Below are positions 25,566 to 36,100 of a DNA stretch of 64,000 nt, in pieces. Position numbers and translations under genes: made by a program. The notes under the pieces are model-generated. The model was not told where the DNA came from. It did not search any database and worked only from the letters and a program-made list of their open reading frames with translations. Source of the stretch: a virus; the IMG/VR virus record IMGVR_UViG_3300027644_000003, positions 1 to 64,000 of that record; one strand, written 5' to 3'. The stretch's first letter is position 1. Each line of letters opens with the position of its first letter.

Positions 25566-25585
25566 GTGGTGCCTCCTTTAGAAGC

Positions 25586-25615
25586 ATCCTATATCACGCC
25601 ACTGACAAAACGCAA
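25586..25615 (-). promoter_or_regulatory. SigA-like promoter
   Basis: TTGCGT-N18-TAGGAT upstream of 25565. Confidence 0.6.
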
Positions 25616-25616
25616 G

Positions 25617-25811
25617 CTACTTCTGGCTATCCCACAGTTCTTGGTCTGGATACCCTGGAGTACGCTGTGAGGGGTTTACATACCGCTTTAAAGCCTCAAC
25701 AATTACGTCTGTGACTGTGCGGCCTTCAATAGCAGCCTTTTCTTTTACAGCACCCCAAAGGTCGCTGGATACACGGATAGTGCGTGTAGGTGTCTTAGGT
25801 GCGTTAGGCAT
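25617..25811 (-). CDS. Ribbon-helix-helix DNA-binding protein
   Basis: TPTRTIRVSSDLWGAVKEKAAIEGRTVTDVIVEALKRY. Confidence 0.85.
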   Translation of the reverse strand: MPNAPKTPTRTIRVSSDLWGAVKEKAAIEGRTVTDVIVEALKRYVNPSQRTPGYPDQELWDSQK

Positions 25812-25820
25812 TGAATAAGT

Positions 25821-27383
25821 CTAAACCGTAATGTTCTGTAGGAAAGCCCTAAGTGAGCCTGCAGTTAAAGCAACCCCGCCTTTATCGTCAATTCCTTCAC
25901 CGTCTACTACGGCGTTTGCAATAGCAATTTTCTGTTGCAACATGGTGTGTTGACGCTCTTCAATAGATCCTTCCATTAAAAAATCTTGAATAACTATCGA
26001 CGTCCAAGTAGAGGACGCCCTACGAATTCGACCATTCCTCTGTACAGCCAACCCAGCATTCCAAGGTAAGTCATAATTGATAAGGAGATTAGCTTGAGGC
26101 AAATCCACACCATAACCACCGGCATCAGAACTAACAAGTATGCGAATACTGGGATCAGTTTGAAAACTAACTTTAGATTCTTCTTTAGCCTTAGCATTCA
26201 TTTCTCCTGTGTAAGGGGTGCTGCCCCAGCTTGAGAGTAAAGTGTCTCTGATGATATCTACCATGTGAACATAGCTAGTAAAGATAACTATCTTGTTACC
26301 CTCGTACTCACCTAAAAAGTTATCCACGTACTCTTTTAAAGCAGATAGCTTTGGAAATTTAGTAACTTTATCTAAACGTCCGGTTTCTTTTAAGTCTGCT
26401 GCATACCCGGATGACTTTGATGAAAACTCTAGCAACTGGGGATGGTCGCAAAGCATGCGTAAAGCAGTTAGCTTAGACATAATCTTTCCTCGCAAAGCGT
26501 CAGCACCCTCCCAAGAGTTTGCTTGCCCATAGTGATTAAACACGTCAAAGCTTGTTCCGTAAGACTCAACAGCTTCATCTAGGTCAGTAAGTATCTCGTT
26601 AGCAATACTTTTGTAAAGCTTAGAACTTACAGAATCAAATTGAATTAAAATTGGCTCAGCAAATATAGTCTCAGGCAAGTAGGGGGCAACATCTGGATCT
26701 GACTGACGTTTGCGAACACAAGCCTTAGATAGGGTGGTGTTTAAAAGAGGTAAGTTGCGGTAACGGTCTACACCCCCAAAACGATTGCGAACAATAAAGG
26801 TTTGGTCAAACAAATCAAACCGACCTAAAAGACTATTGTCTACAAACTGCATAATTGAGTAGAGCTCTTCTGGTTTTCCGTTTTCTACAGGTGTACCAGT
26901 AAGAGCAAACTTATAATCGCTCTTTAATTTCTTTACGTACTTGGAGCGTTTGGATCTAAAACTTTTGATTGCGGTTGCTTCGTCGCAGATAATGAATCCT
27001 GTAGGGAGCTGTCGTACATACTCCCAGTCGTTAACAACTTGCTCGTAGTTAATAATGACGTAATCAACGAGTGTATGCCCCCAGTCAAAGGCCTGTTGGT
27101 ACTGCTCAATGCGTTGTTTCGGCGTTCCATCAATAACCAAAGCTGTTGAAGACTCATCTGTAAACTTCCTAATCTGATCTGCCCATTGGTATTTGAGGCT
27201 AGACAGACAGATAACTATACCTGGCTCCATTATCTTCTGTTCGTCCATAAGACGTTCAATAGCTGCAATAGTAAGCACGGTCTTACCAAGGCCAAGGTCA
27301 TAAGCAACAAGCATCTTGCCGCGTTCGCACATAGCGTCTACAGCTTCTGGTTGGTATGGAAGAAGGGTGCCGGTAAAGGTCAT
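25821..27383 (-). CDS. SNF2-family (SF2) helicase
   Basis: LLPYQ, DLGLGKT, CDEAT, LTGTPVEN, GVDLP, YDLPWN, QRNGRIRR. Confidence 0.92.
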   Translation of the reverse strand: MTFTGTLLPYQPEAVDAMCERGKMLVAYDLGLGKTVLTIAAIERLMDEQKIMEPGIVICLSSLKYQWADQIRKFTDESSTALVIDGTPKQRIEQYQQAFDWGHTLVDYVIINYEQVVNDWEYVRQLPTGFIICDEATAIKSFRSKRSKYVKKLKSDYKFALTGTPVENGKPEELYSIMQFVDNSLLGRFDLFDQTFIVRNRFGGVDRYRNLPLLNTTLSKACVRKRQSDPDVAPYLPETIFAEPILIQFDSVSSKLYKSIANEILTDLDEAVESYGTSFDVFNHYGQANSWEGADALRGKIMSKLTALRMLCDHPQLLEFSSKSSGYAADLKETGRLDKVTKFPKLSALKEYVDNFLGEYEGNKIVIFTSYVHMVDIIRDTLLSSWGSTPYTGEMNAKAKEESKVSFQTDPSIRILVSSDAGGYGVDLPQANLLINYDLPWNAGLAVQRNGRIRRASSTWTSIVIQDFLMEGSIEERQHTMLQQKIAIANAVVDGEGIDDKGGVALTAGSLRAFLQNITV

Positions 27384-27604
27384 ACTTGTTCGTCTCTTCT
27401 CCAATGTAAAAATGATTTAACGTAAACAATTGCATATGCAATAGCGGACACAATAAACCCATACTGCTTGGTAGTAGTTGCGTAGACAATCCAAATAACT
27501 TCGTTACATAAGAGAACTATCCAACCCCATACTGTTTTTCGTCCTACGAAGTAGATTCCGCAAACGCCGATAGCTGCAAGAATCCAGGACCAGTACTGAT
27601 ACAT
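27380..27604 (-). CDS. Small PnuC-like membrane protein
   Basis: Three hydrophobic helices, WGWIV...WIVYA...QYGF...W. Confidence 0.6.
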   Translation of the reverse strand: MYQYWSWILAAIGVCGIYFVGRKTVWGWIVLLCNEVIWIVYATTTKQYGFIVSAIAYAIVYVKSFLHWRRDEQV

Positions 27605-27753
27605 TAATTGCCCCTTATGATCGCCATTACCTCAACAAGTATAGCAGTAGCTGACTTAGGAGAACCTCCCCGGTAATACTCGCTTACGTGGGCAATCTCT
27701 TTAATAATTTTAAGTCTTAAAGCGGCCTCAGTCTCCGTAGATTGCTTGTTCAC
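27604..27753 (-). CDS. Hypothetical protein
   Basis: Probable GTG start at 27753; TAATG-coupled downstream. Confidence 0.55.
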   Translation of the reverse strand: MNKQSTETEAALRLKIIKEIAHVSEYYRGGSPKSATAILVEVMAIIRGN

Positions 27754-28711
27754 CAAATACGAAGTGTTTAGCCTTCTCAATGCCGTACTCGATTTGTTCA
27801 CGAGACATGTCTCCTATATCTTTTATATTAGTACCTGCGTAGTTAAAGAACCAGCACTCCATACCTGCTTCTTTACATTTAGCAAACATTTCTTTAGAAG
27901 CTTTTTCTCCTGCGGCATCAATCCTAGGGTTATCAAAAGCAAAGATCAACTTCTCAGCTTTCCTAAACAAATCAAACTGCGCTTGACTTACAGAAGCGCC
28001 GTAGGTTGCTAGCCCGCCTAATTTCAGCTTAGCTGAGCTAAGCTTTACTACATCTAATGGAGACTCAACTATGAGCACAGATGAGTCAATCAAAACGTCA
28101 AGACCAAAAAGCGTTAGTGACTTCTGGATTCCTGCTGGCCTGTTGCGGAACGTTCTATTTGTCTGTCCCTTTTCTTGCCAGCCCATAAGCTTTGAACTCT
28201 CAGCATTCCTAATTGGAATAATCCAAGCTTCTTGCTTGCGGTCCCATTTAAGTTCGTGGTTAGAAACAGCGCTTCGCGTTAGCTGTCGTGCTTGTAACGC
28301 CCAATCAGGTACCTCATCAAATACTGCAAGGCGGGCGTCGCTCATCTCAATTGGACGGGGAGCAGGACCAACATAAGCGTTGCGCATCTCTTCAAGTTGC
28401 TTAGCAAGTTCTTCAAAGTCAACTTCGATCTCTTGCTGTAGCCATGCTTTTGCAGCCTCATAGTCAGGGCGATCAAACTTAGTTTTAAGTTCAAGCACAT
28501 CTGCTATGAGACCAAGCAAAATACCTTTGTATCCACAGGAGAAGCAATGGTGGACACCGGTCTCAGCATTGATTGACCAAGATGGATTGTTATCTTGACG
28601 ACCAACTCGTTCTAAGTGCATCGGGCATAAACCGATAATCTCTCTGTTGCGTTGAGAGCCATCTACACCCAGACGTAGGAGTACCTTCTCAATATCCCCG
28701 TCGCGGTACAT
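27728..28711 (-). CDS. dnaG: DNA primase (CHC2 Zn finger plus TOPRIM)
   Basis: CPMH...CFSCG, IVESPLD, FDN..D.AG, KDIGD. Confidence 0.9.
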   Translation of the reverse strand: MYRDGDIEKVLLRLGVDGSQRNREIIGLCPMHLERVGRQDNNPSWSINAETGVHHCFSCGYKGILLGLIADVLELKTKFDRPDYEAAKAWLQQEIEVDFEELAKQLEEMRNAYVGPAPRPIEMSDARLAVFDEVPDWALQARQLTRSAVSNHELKWDRKQEAWIIPIRNAESSKLMGWQEKGQTNRTFRNRPAGIQKSLTLFGLDVLIDSSVLIVESPLDVVKLSSAKLKLGGLATYGASVSQAQFDLFRKAEKLIFAFDNPRIDAAGEKASKEMFAKCKEAGMECWFFNYAGTNIKDIGDMSREQIEYGIEKAKHFVFGEQAIYGD

Positions 28712-28942
28712 CTAAGAAAAATCTCCGATTACACGGTACATAATCTCTGTGTACGTGGATGCGTTTGCAGCAAGATCTTCTGGATGATGAAGTTCTTCAG
28801 ACTCGTCTTCTTCTGACCAGTTAGATTTCATATAGTTACGCAAGCCCTCTGAGAGACGATCTACAAATTGATCTACAGTCATGTAACCGCGTTCCATAAG
28901 CTGCTCATCTGTAGGCATCTCATATTTATTCTTTTTACCCAT
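28712..28942 (-). CDS. Hypothetical acidic protein
   Basis: ATG 28942 after GGGAG. Confidence 0.7.
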   Translation of the reverse strand: MGKKNKYEMPTDEQLMERGYMTVDQFVDRLSEGLRNYMKSNWSEEDESEELHHPEDLAANASTYTEIMYRVIGDFS

Positions 28943-29126
28943 TTCGATTCTCCCTGTAATCAATTGGTGTTGGTGCTGTAGCAAGTGCGCCACATAAAAC
29001 GCACTCCATATCTAACATGTACAAAGAGATTTCTCCCTCTTCAAACATTGCTTGAACCTTCCATAAGAAAGAACCACAAATACAAACTTCTATAGGAGCA
29101 TCTTTATCTCTTAAATCTAAACTCAT
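28935..29126 (-). CDS. Small Zn-binding hypothetical protein
   Basis: CICGS...ECVLCG..ATAPTP. Confidence 0.75.
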   Translation of the reverse strand: MSLDLRDKDAPIEVCICGSFLWKVQAMFEEGEISLYMLDMECVLCGALATAPTPIDYRENRNG

Positions 29127-29377
29127 AGTAATGCTCGTTTCCGTCGTCTTAAGTTCTTCCGGTCTTGAGGAGTTGTACCGCCCCAAACACCGTCCAAACT
29201 ACTGTCCGACATAGCATACTCTAGGCAAGCAGTAGTCAGCGGACAGCTCTGGCATACAGCCTTTGCCTTGTTCACGCTCAAACGGTGGTTGTAGTCCTCA
29301 GGAAAGAACAACTCTGGATCCTCTGACTTACATAATTGAGAGCCATTAAATGGTGCTGATCCCAAATAAAGATCCAT
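29123..29377 (-). CDS. whiB: WhiB-family transcription factor, second copy
   Basis: LCKSEDPELFFP...AKAVCQSCPLTTACLEYA...GVWGGTT..DR. Confidence 0.93.
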   Translation of the reverse strand: MDLYLGSAPFNGSQLCKSEDPELFFPEDYNHRLSVNKAKAVCQSCPLTTACLEYAMSDSSLDGVWGGTTPQDRKNLRRRKRALL

Positions 29378-30587
29378 ACTCTTCAAACTTCCCTTCTTCC
29401 CAGTCCCATAAGAGATCACTTGATGCCGGCCCACAGTTACGACTTGCAACGATACGTAGTTCACGGGAAGTATCATCTTCTTCATCTTGCTTTTGTAATC
29501 CTAAAATAACATCTGAGTCTTGATAGAAAGATGATGAGTAACCAATTGCATCTGCTGATACTTGGCGCTTCTTCATCTTCCATAACAAAACCTGAGTTGA
29601 AATAACAATAGGAATTTTCTTAGACATAGCAAGTTGCTTAAGACCACGAGTTATATTTGTAAGAGCTTGAGGACTGTTCTGCTCCCCAGTGATCTCATCT
29701 ACCATCAAATACACACCGTCCACAAACACAATGTCTGGACGAAGCTTGTCAATCTTTGCAGCAAGTCCAGTAACAGTCATTGCAGATACTGCGTCTGTTA
29801 AGTAGAACTTGTGCATGCCTTCCATATCTTCAAGAACTTTTTGATACCGAGCCTCTTCTTCTTTAGTCAGGGCCCCGCGAATCAGCCGGGAGTGGGCAAT
29901 GTGGGAACGCATTGCATCGTGTCGATGTTGCTGCTCAATGTTGTTCATCTCAAAAGATTGGAACAAAGGAACGAAGCCATCGTTGTGCACGTTGACTGCA
30001 ACCTGCAAAGCAAGAACTGACTTACCTGTTTTAGGTGGAGCAATAATTGTAATTAGCTGACCAGGTTGCAAACCAGCGGTTGCTTGATCAATAGTTCTAA
30101 AGCCGGTAGCAATACCTAACAAACCGTTTGGACGAGTCTTTACATTTAGATACTCATCAAAGCGTTGAATAGCATTAAGAGTTAGGTCGATGTCGGTTGA
30201 CTCACGAGAACCTTCATCAAGAAGTTTTGCTACTCCCTGATTCAATACCGCAATAGCAGTGTTGTGATCTCCCGAAGCAATTGCTTCTGACGCATCTTGT
30301 ACAACCGTAATTGTGCTTTGACGTTTACGGTATTCAATAAGCTGATCTAATAAATAATCAATGTTGTCTTCTACTGCTAACAAACGATATGTAGGAAAAT
30401 TATCTAGAACAGTAACGCCAGTAGGAACTTCTTGATACTTAGTCCAATGCTGACGGATAAAGCGCCACACTGCTTTGTTCTCATCTACAAAGAACCAGTC
30501 GTCGTTAACACCGGCCTCTAGAAGAATAGAGATATCTCGAGTTCGTACAGCGCGGGAGAGGAGCCTTACTTCGTTATCTGCTGCCAC
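29346..30587 (-). CDS. dnaB: DnaB-like replicative helicase
   Basis: ATGFRTID..TAGLQPGQL, APPKTGKS, SFEM, FVDGVYLM, STQ, QDSD, SRN. Confidence 0.93.
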   Translation of the reverse strand: MAADNEVRLLSRAVRTRDISILLEAGVNDDWFFVDENKAVWRFIRQHWTKYQEVPTGVTVLDNFPTYRLLAVEDNIDYLLDQLIEYRKRQSTITVVQDASEAIASGDHNTAIAVLNQGVAKLLDEGSRESTDIDLTLNAIQRFDEYLNVKTRPNGLLGIATGFRTIDQATAGLQPGQLITIIAPPKTGKSVLALQVAVNVHNDGFVPLFQSFEMNNIEQQHRHDAMRSHIAHSRLIRGALTKEEEARYQKVLEDMEGMHKFYLTDAVSAMTVTGLAAKIDKLRPDIVFVDGVYLMVDEITGEQNSPQALTNITRGLKQLAMSKKIPIVISTQVLLWKMKKRQVSADAIGYSSSFYQDSDVILGLQKQDEEDDTSRELRIVASRNCGPASSDLLWDWEEGKFEEYGSLFGISTI

Positions 30588-30991
30588 TACAAACTCCCTA
30601 TCGCTAAATACTTACTGCCGTACCTTAGACCCCTAGAGGGTATATCCACAACCCCTTTGAGTTCTGGACGATAGGGAAGTTCTCCCACTAAATCTGCTAC
30701 TGAGTTATATCTGTTTACGTAATTAAACGGATTGGTACCAAGGTTGTTTAAATCCTCAAGAACTTCTTCCATCTCTTTCTTTGAATAACCAAAGCCAACT
30801 AACTCTAATGTGTATCCGTACTTTTCGCCAAAGCGCCAGAACAAAGAAAGAGACTGACGGTTGTAACTGCTCTCTTCTCCAAAGACAGGTATCCCCAGAA
30901 CTTTCTTGAGAGTGGGGGACCTGTCAAGAATGCAATCTAAAGTTACTACTACTCGGAGAGGAACCTCGTTTGAGATATCCCCACCCTTCAT
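30587..30991 (-). CDS. Hypothetical protein, possible degenerate HAD fold
   Basis: VVVTLDCIL near the N-terminus, GVVD near the C-terminus. Confidence 0.65.
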   Translation of the reverse strand: MKGGDISNEVPLRVVVTLDCILDRSPTLKKVLGIPVFGEESSYNRQSLSLFWRFGEKYGYTLELVGFGYSKKEMEEVLEDLNNLGTNPFNYVNRYNSVADLVGELPYRPELKGVVDIPSRGLRYGSKYLAIGSL

Positions 30992-31290
30992 TAGACTACT
31001 TCGATTTTTCCGTAGTTGATTAACAGGTTTCTAAAAGCCTCTGGTGATTGAACAGCCAGGTTAGCTTCTAGGACTGGAGCTTTTGTAGAAATGTGTGTTG
31101 GGTAGACGCCGTTGTTGTCTGACATCCGCTCACGGACAAAACGAGTGTGCTTGCAAGAACTTCTGTTCTTGAACCCCGAGCAGTTGCAACGAACTTTTAG
31201 AGAGTTAGCCTCAATCTCAACTTCGTGCACGCCAGTGTCCGATAAGAACAACTGCGACACTTGCCAACTCTTCACTGAAAACCTCATCAT
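30991..31290 (-). CDS. SWIM Zn-finger protein
   Basis: CNCSGFKNRSSCKH, the CxCx(n)CxH pattern. Confidence 0.85.
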   Translation of the reverse strand: MMRFSVKSWQVSQLFLSDTGVHEVEIEANSLKVRCNCSGFKNRSSCKHTRFVRERMSDNNGVYPTHISTKAPVLEANLAVQSPEAFRNLLINYGKIEVV

Positions 31291-31961
31291 CTTCTTAGAT
31301 CCTTCCCCGAGTTTACATCAATTGCTATGAAAGCTTCATAGGCAAAGCTAGCCATTGGTGCGCCGTATTGCTCTTCCCACCTAGTAAGAGGTGTATTACT
31401 TGTAACAATAGTTGGTAATCCCGAATTAAAACGGGAACGAAGCAGTTCGTCAAACGTGTCTTCTGCCCAACGAGATGAAGCCTTGTGTTCTTTTCCTAAA
31501 TCGTCTAGAACAAATGTTCGAATGACATTTTCCTTGGGACCGTCTCCATAAATCCCATTGATCATAGTTTCAGTGGCATCGTCAAACTCATCCCACTGAG
31601 ATTTCTGAATCCGAAGAAACCGTGGATAGTCCATAAACATGGCTGGTCGTCTCAAAGTCAAATCTGGGGAGCCCCAAGTCTCCGCTGACATACCCCTCAT
31701 AAGCTCCTGGAGGGCCACAGAGGCGAGAGTAGTCTTGCCGTGACCAGGTTTACCTAGGAGCAGTAGACCCTTGCCGCAATTAGGGCTTCCAGCCGCTTGT
31801 ACAACCTTGCCTGCCTTGACAGATTTAATCCAAGACTGGATCTTGTCAAAGGAAGAATTAGGTGTTAAATCGGAAAACTCCATCCCAATGGTTTTCATCG
31901 GGAGATTAGCTGCTCTAATTTGGGCACGGACACTTGGAGTTACATCTTCGAGTTTATACAT
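31287..31961 (-). CDS. DnaC/IstB-like helicase loader ATPase
   Basis: GLLLLGKPGHGKT, VLDDLGKE, R.R..GLPTIVTSN. Confidence 0.88.
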   Translation of the reverse strand: MYKLEDVTPSVRAQIRAANLPMKTIGMEFSDLTPNSSFDKIQSWIKSVKAGKVVQAAGSPNCGKGLLLLGKPGHGKTTLASVALQELMRGMSAETWGSPDLTLRRPAMFMDYPRFLRIQKSQWDEFDDATETMINGIYGDGPKENVIRTFVLDDLGKEHKASSRWAEDTFDELLRSRFNSGLPTIVTSNTPLTRWEEQYGAPMASFAYEAFIAIDVNSGKDLRR

Positions 31962-32863
31962 TAGCTCTCCAATAGTTTCAGCATCTTTTCCTGATGCGCT
32001 AGCATATCTTCGTCTAAACCAATCGGTTCGTCAACTCGACTTACCATTCCGTGGATCATTCCGTAATACTTCATAAATCTTTGATACATAGGAAGTCCAA
32101 AACCAGGGTCTGAAATAACTCTTGTATCACCAAAGAACATACGCATGCCCTTGAGAATGTGAATACGTTCAACACCCTCACCAACTCGTTTGTTAATCCA
32201 AGTAGCAAGCTGTTTTCCAGAAATTTGATTTACTGCGCCACTACCGCCACAGGTAGCAATGTACAAATCGTAGAACTCTGCAACAAGATCTCCAGTAACC
32301 CAGTCTTCTTCTGGGACATTGATCCTATTACGGGCTTCTACTTCAACCTTAGTCTTTTTACGTCGAGCTCCCCCGACCTTCAAGGTATTTACTTTCCCAA
32401 TAGCACCTGAGTCATCCTCGGTGTCCAAAACCTTCTTCTTAGATTTTGGGGGTGTGCTGTCTTCAAACATGTCCCAACCCATTTTAATTCCTTTCTCGGT
32501 TTGAGGCGCAGCCTCTATAGATACAGTTACGTTAGTAACTGTATCTATACTCTTAACTCTAGTAGACATATCACTAGTATTAGTATTAGTGACTATACCT
32601 CTGTCCATGTATAGAACGCCTGATAATCCGTTGTCGGTGAATTTCAAGTTTGTACGCCATTGACCAGAGTTATCTTGATGCCTTACGGCTTTTATATAAC
32701 CTTGCAGCTTTAATTCTGCCATAGCATTTCTAATTGCGTCTCGGCCTTCTGGGACAGATGCGGACATTTCTTCCGCAGATAACACACGTCCAACTTCAAC
32801 GTAATAGGCAAATAAACCTCTAGCACGTAGCGAAAGGTTTGGGTCTGAATATGGTGACTTCAT
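31961..32863 (-). CDS. Replication initiator (N-terminal winged HTH)
   Basis: DPNLSLRARGLFAY...EGRDAIRNAMAELKLQGYI; directly upstream of the DnaC-like loader. Confidence 0.75.
   Translation of the reverse strand: MKSPYSDPNLSLRARGLFAYYVEVGRVLSAEEMSASVPEGRDAIRNAMAELKLQGYIKAVRHQDNSGQWRTNLKFTDNGLSGVLYMDRGIVTNTNTSDMSTRVKSIDTVTNVTVSIEAAPQTEKGIKMGWDMFEDSTPPKSKKKVLDTEDDSGAIGKVNTLKVGGARRKKTKVEVEARNRINVPEEDWVTGDLVAEFYDLYIATCGGSGAVNQISGKQLATWINKRVGEGVERIHILKGMRMFFGDTRVISDPGFGLPMYQRFMKYYGMIHGMVSRVDEPIGLDEDMLAHQEKMLKLLES
32516..32592. other. Candidate replication origin inside the initiator gene
   Basis: 15-bp perfect inverted repeat TATAGATACAGTTAC-GTTA-GTAACTGTATCTATA (32516-32549), then TCACTAGTATTAGTATTAGTGA (32571-32592); AT-rich. 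Confidence 0.6.
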
Positions 32864-32885
32864 AGTCTCCTCCTTGTCGGAGCAG

Positions 32886-32915
32886 ACTCTATAGCGGAGG
32901 TACCCTTCTTGGCAA
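32886..32915 (-). promoter_or_regulatory. SigA-like promoter of the replication operon
   Basis: TTGCCA-N18-TAGAGT upstream of the AAGGAGGAG RBS. Confidence 0.55.
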
Positions 32916-33164
32916 GCCGCGTTGAATTCTGTCTGGGGTACCTGTTAAAAGGTTCTCAACAACAACTGAGGAGGTTAGTCCTACAAAAGCTGAAGCAAGG
33001 ACGTAAAAGATTAAATTCCAACCTATAGGCATAAGAACAAAACAAGCCACTGTGCTCATAGAGAGGGCGAGTAAGCCTCTCCATTTGCCTAAGGATATTA
33101 ATAGTTCTTCTATGGCCGTTAATAGACAGGCCGTGGCCCAAGCTGCTACTAATAGTTCGGTCAT
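32889..33164 (-). CDS. Small membrane protein
   Basis: Three hydrophobic segments; probable leaderless ATG at 33164. Confidence 0.7.
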   Translation of the reverse strand: MTELLVAAWATACLLTAIEELLISLGKWRGLLALSMSTVACFVLMPIGWNLIFYVLASAFVGLTSSVVVENLLTGTPDRIQRGLPRRVPPL

Positions 33165-33174
33165 GGGCAGAAAC

Positions 33175-36100
33175 CTATCGCCTAAACAAAACCTTGTCAA
33201 GATGGAAGACTCGACCAGTTCCAGAAACGGAAGGGGTGCAAGTCACTTGAATTTTTGCAAAACCAATGCTGGTGTTAGCAAAACTAGCTCTTCCAATTAT
33301 TGCTGTATTTGCTGTATTAGCAAATGTCTGTCCATATGAGAATGTGTTAGGGGTTGCAGCGGTAATAATAATGCTTCCGTTAATAGCGTTATAAGCTGAG
33401 TCTCCAATACCTACGTATAGTTCTTCACCAACTGAGAATCCGTGATTTCCTTGAGTAGTTATAGTAACTACGTTAGAGGCTACAGATACGTTAGTTAAGT
33501 TAACTGTTTTAGATCCAGGGGCAACTATGTTTAAGTATGCCCAACGATCTCCGCGGTTTAGTACTACGGTGTCTGTTTTTTCTCGTAAGAAGTTGTAAGC
33601 TAAGTCGTACCATTTAAGGGTTAACACGTAGGTTCCGTATGCGTCTTCGTTTTCTGGACGAATAGCTACTGAGCTGTAGTATCCCTTTCCAGGTATTACT
33701 GACATAAACTCTGTAATAGCCCCAAAAGTTCCTGAACCAGACGCTTTTACTTTTGCGTAGGCGGCGCCTTGGACAAGTGTCTCATCAAAGATGCTTCCTC
33801 TAGCAGCAGTTCTAACAAGAGTTGCTGAAACTCCAGACCAGCCGTACGTACTGTTTTCAAACGAACCTGAAGGAACAAGATTATCTTCAACGTCTGGAAA
33901 ACCAATCAATAATGAGAATGGTTGAACAGACCAAGTAGATCCAGAGGGCATAAAGCTGTTTAGTGTTGAGGTTAATCGTGCTCTTTTTTGTAGGTAACGA
34001 TTTGCGTAATAACTTTTACCGCTACTCACCATAAGATTATTAGCAACAGATACGGTTTCTGCTGCGTCTGATGGGTTTGTAAATATGGATGTTTGAGCAT
34101 TTGCTGGATCAATATAGGGAGTTGAAAGTCTTCCGTATTCTGCTTGAATACCGTCTAAGAAAAATACTTTAGTGCCTGAACCCGCGTCAGACAAAGAAAC
34201 TGTAATAGTAAACTGCGTTTCTGCCGCTACTGCAACTCTTTGAGTTTCAATACGAGTCCAAACGTTTGGAACAGTAATTTTAAAATTACCAGACGTTTGC
34301 CCGTTTGTGCTAATTGAGTAAAGGCCTACTGGTCCTTTTATGTAAGTAGATATTACTAAATCTTCTCCACCTAACGCTGCTCCCATAGGTAGTTTTACTA
34401 CGGTAGACGCGGATCCACCTCCAGAAGCAGAAAGACTTAAAGAGGTAGTTCCGTATTTAAACTCTGAAGTGCTTATAGATAAGGTTGTTCCAGATGTCGC
34501 TGTCCACTTATTTGCATTTTCTAAAGTAGAAAGAGAAACTAAATTTACTTGATTTCTACGCTCCCAAAAACAATCACTAGACTTGTAGTACGTGTTAACG
34601 TTTGGATCGTTGGGTACTGGAGCACCATTACCCTGGAAGTAATCAATAACCTCTGTTGATTCAGCTAAAATTGCTCCATCAAAATAAAATACATCTCCAG
34701 CTACAACGTTGTCTACATAAATAGATACTTTACACAGGGGGTTTCCATAATCTGGAGTAGACACTGCAGATACCGCAGACACTGATACTCGAGTTGCGCT
34801 ACTAGTTAGTGTCAAAGGTTCGCTGTCTGCGTAATAAGGCTCGGACTTAAAATATCTTCCGTCTACATCAGAAAGTACGTTAGTTTGCTCTTCTTCTGTT
34901 TGTGGTGAAGAAAATTCAATTCTTGCTTTAGCTACTTTTGCAACCCCACTTGCGTATATAGCAAAGTTATGTGGGGCTCCCGGAGTTACAGGAATCCAAT
35001 CAGATATAAGAGCCACTCGTCCGTTAGATAAGGCAGTAAGTTTTGCTACAGTGTTGCCAAAAATAGCTGAGTTTGTAGGTGCTGGGGTTACTTGGATTAA
35101 CTCGGCGTTAAACGGTTCCCACCCAGTAGTATTTACATCAAAACCTGGATTTGGTATTAAGTTTTCAAGGTCTGTTCTAATGTTTAGTTTAACAAGTCTT
35201 GGGTCTTCATATACAAGGGCGGGTAATTTACCACTAACGGTAATTTCACTAACAGGTAGCTCTCTAAATTGAAGCATATCTATTACGTACTTATCTGCTC
35301 CAGCAGTAGGGGTAATAATTAGTGTTGGTTTAGCGTATACAGCGTTGCTTGGAGCAACTAATCCGTCCTCTACTCCAGAAGAAGCAGATTTAAATTCTGA
35401 CCAGTAACCGGTAGTAGCAGTTAAAGTTGGTCCAGAAACGCTTGTAGAAATAGAAACGCCCGCAGCATCAAACCATTGAATTTTTGCTACTGCACTAAAC
35501 GTAGTTGTTATAGCTCTGATAAATCCTTTAAACATATACCTAGAGTTAGCTTTTACTGGAATCCCATACAGTACTGCGCTAGAGGTAGCTGAAGGACAGC
35601 GCAAAGTAATATCGCTGGTGCTTGTAGCGGTTACTACCCCTAAAGAAATTTGACGTAGCGGGTAGTCTCTATTAAATAGAACAGGTGTTGGAGGAGTTAA
35701 CCCAACTCCCAAAGTAGATAGGGTGTTTGCGTAGGTACATACTGCAACAGTTCCGTTAGTTGCTGCCCAACGCCCAACAGATTCTTCAAATGAAGAATCG
35801 TTATAGTCTAAAAATAAGTTGTTTCCATATGAAATTCCGCTATCCCAGTGGGTTAAGGCGGTGGTGTAAGTTGTTATACCTGCACTAGTTCCTTTAGCAG
35901 AGTTTACAAAGTTTCCAGTTTTATACAAAGATCTGTGGTAAGTGTCGCCAAGAGCAGGCTCATAAATAAACCCTAGATCAGTAATTTTATTCTTTAATAG
36001 ATTAGAGGGAATTTTATACGCGTCAAAAGAGTTATATAAGAGCTCAGCTTGAGCTTTTATCTTGTCATACTCGAAACCGTAAGCATCAAGAACTTCGGTT

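Noticed and set aside
25617-25811. Toxin-antitoxin module
   Set aside because: The RHH protein has no recognisable toxin neighbour.
20011-30587. Inteins or introns in RecA, PolA, SNF2 helicase, primase or DnaB
   Set aside because: The proteins have normal lengths and contiguous motifs, with no Hint or homing-endonuclease signatures.
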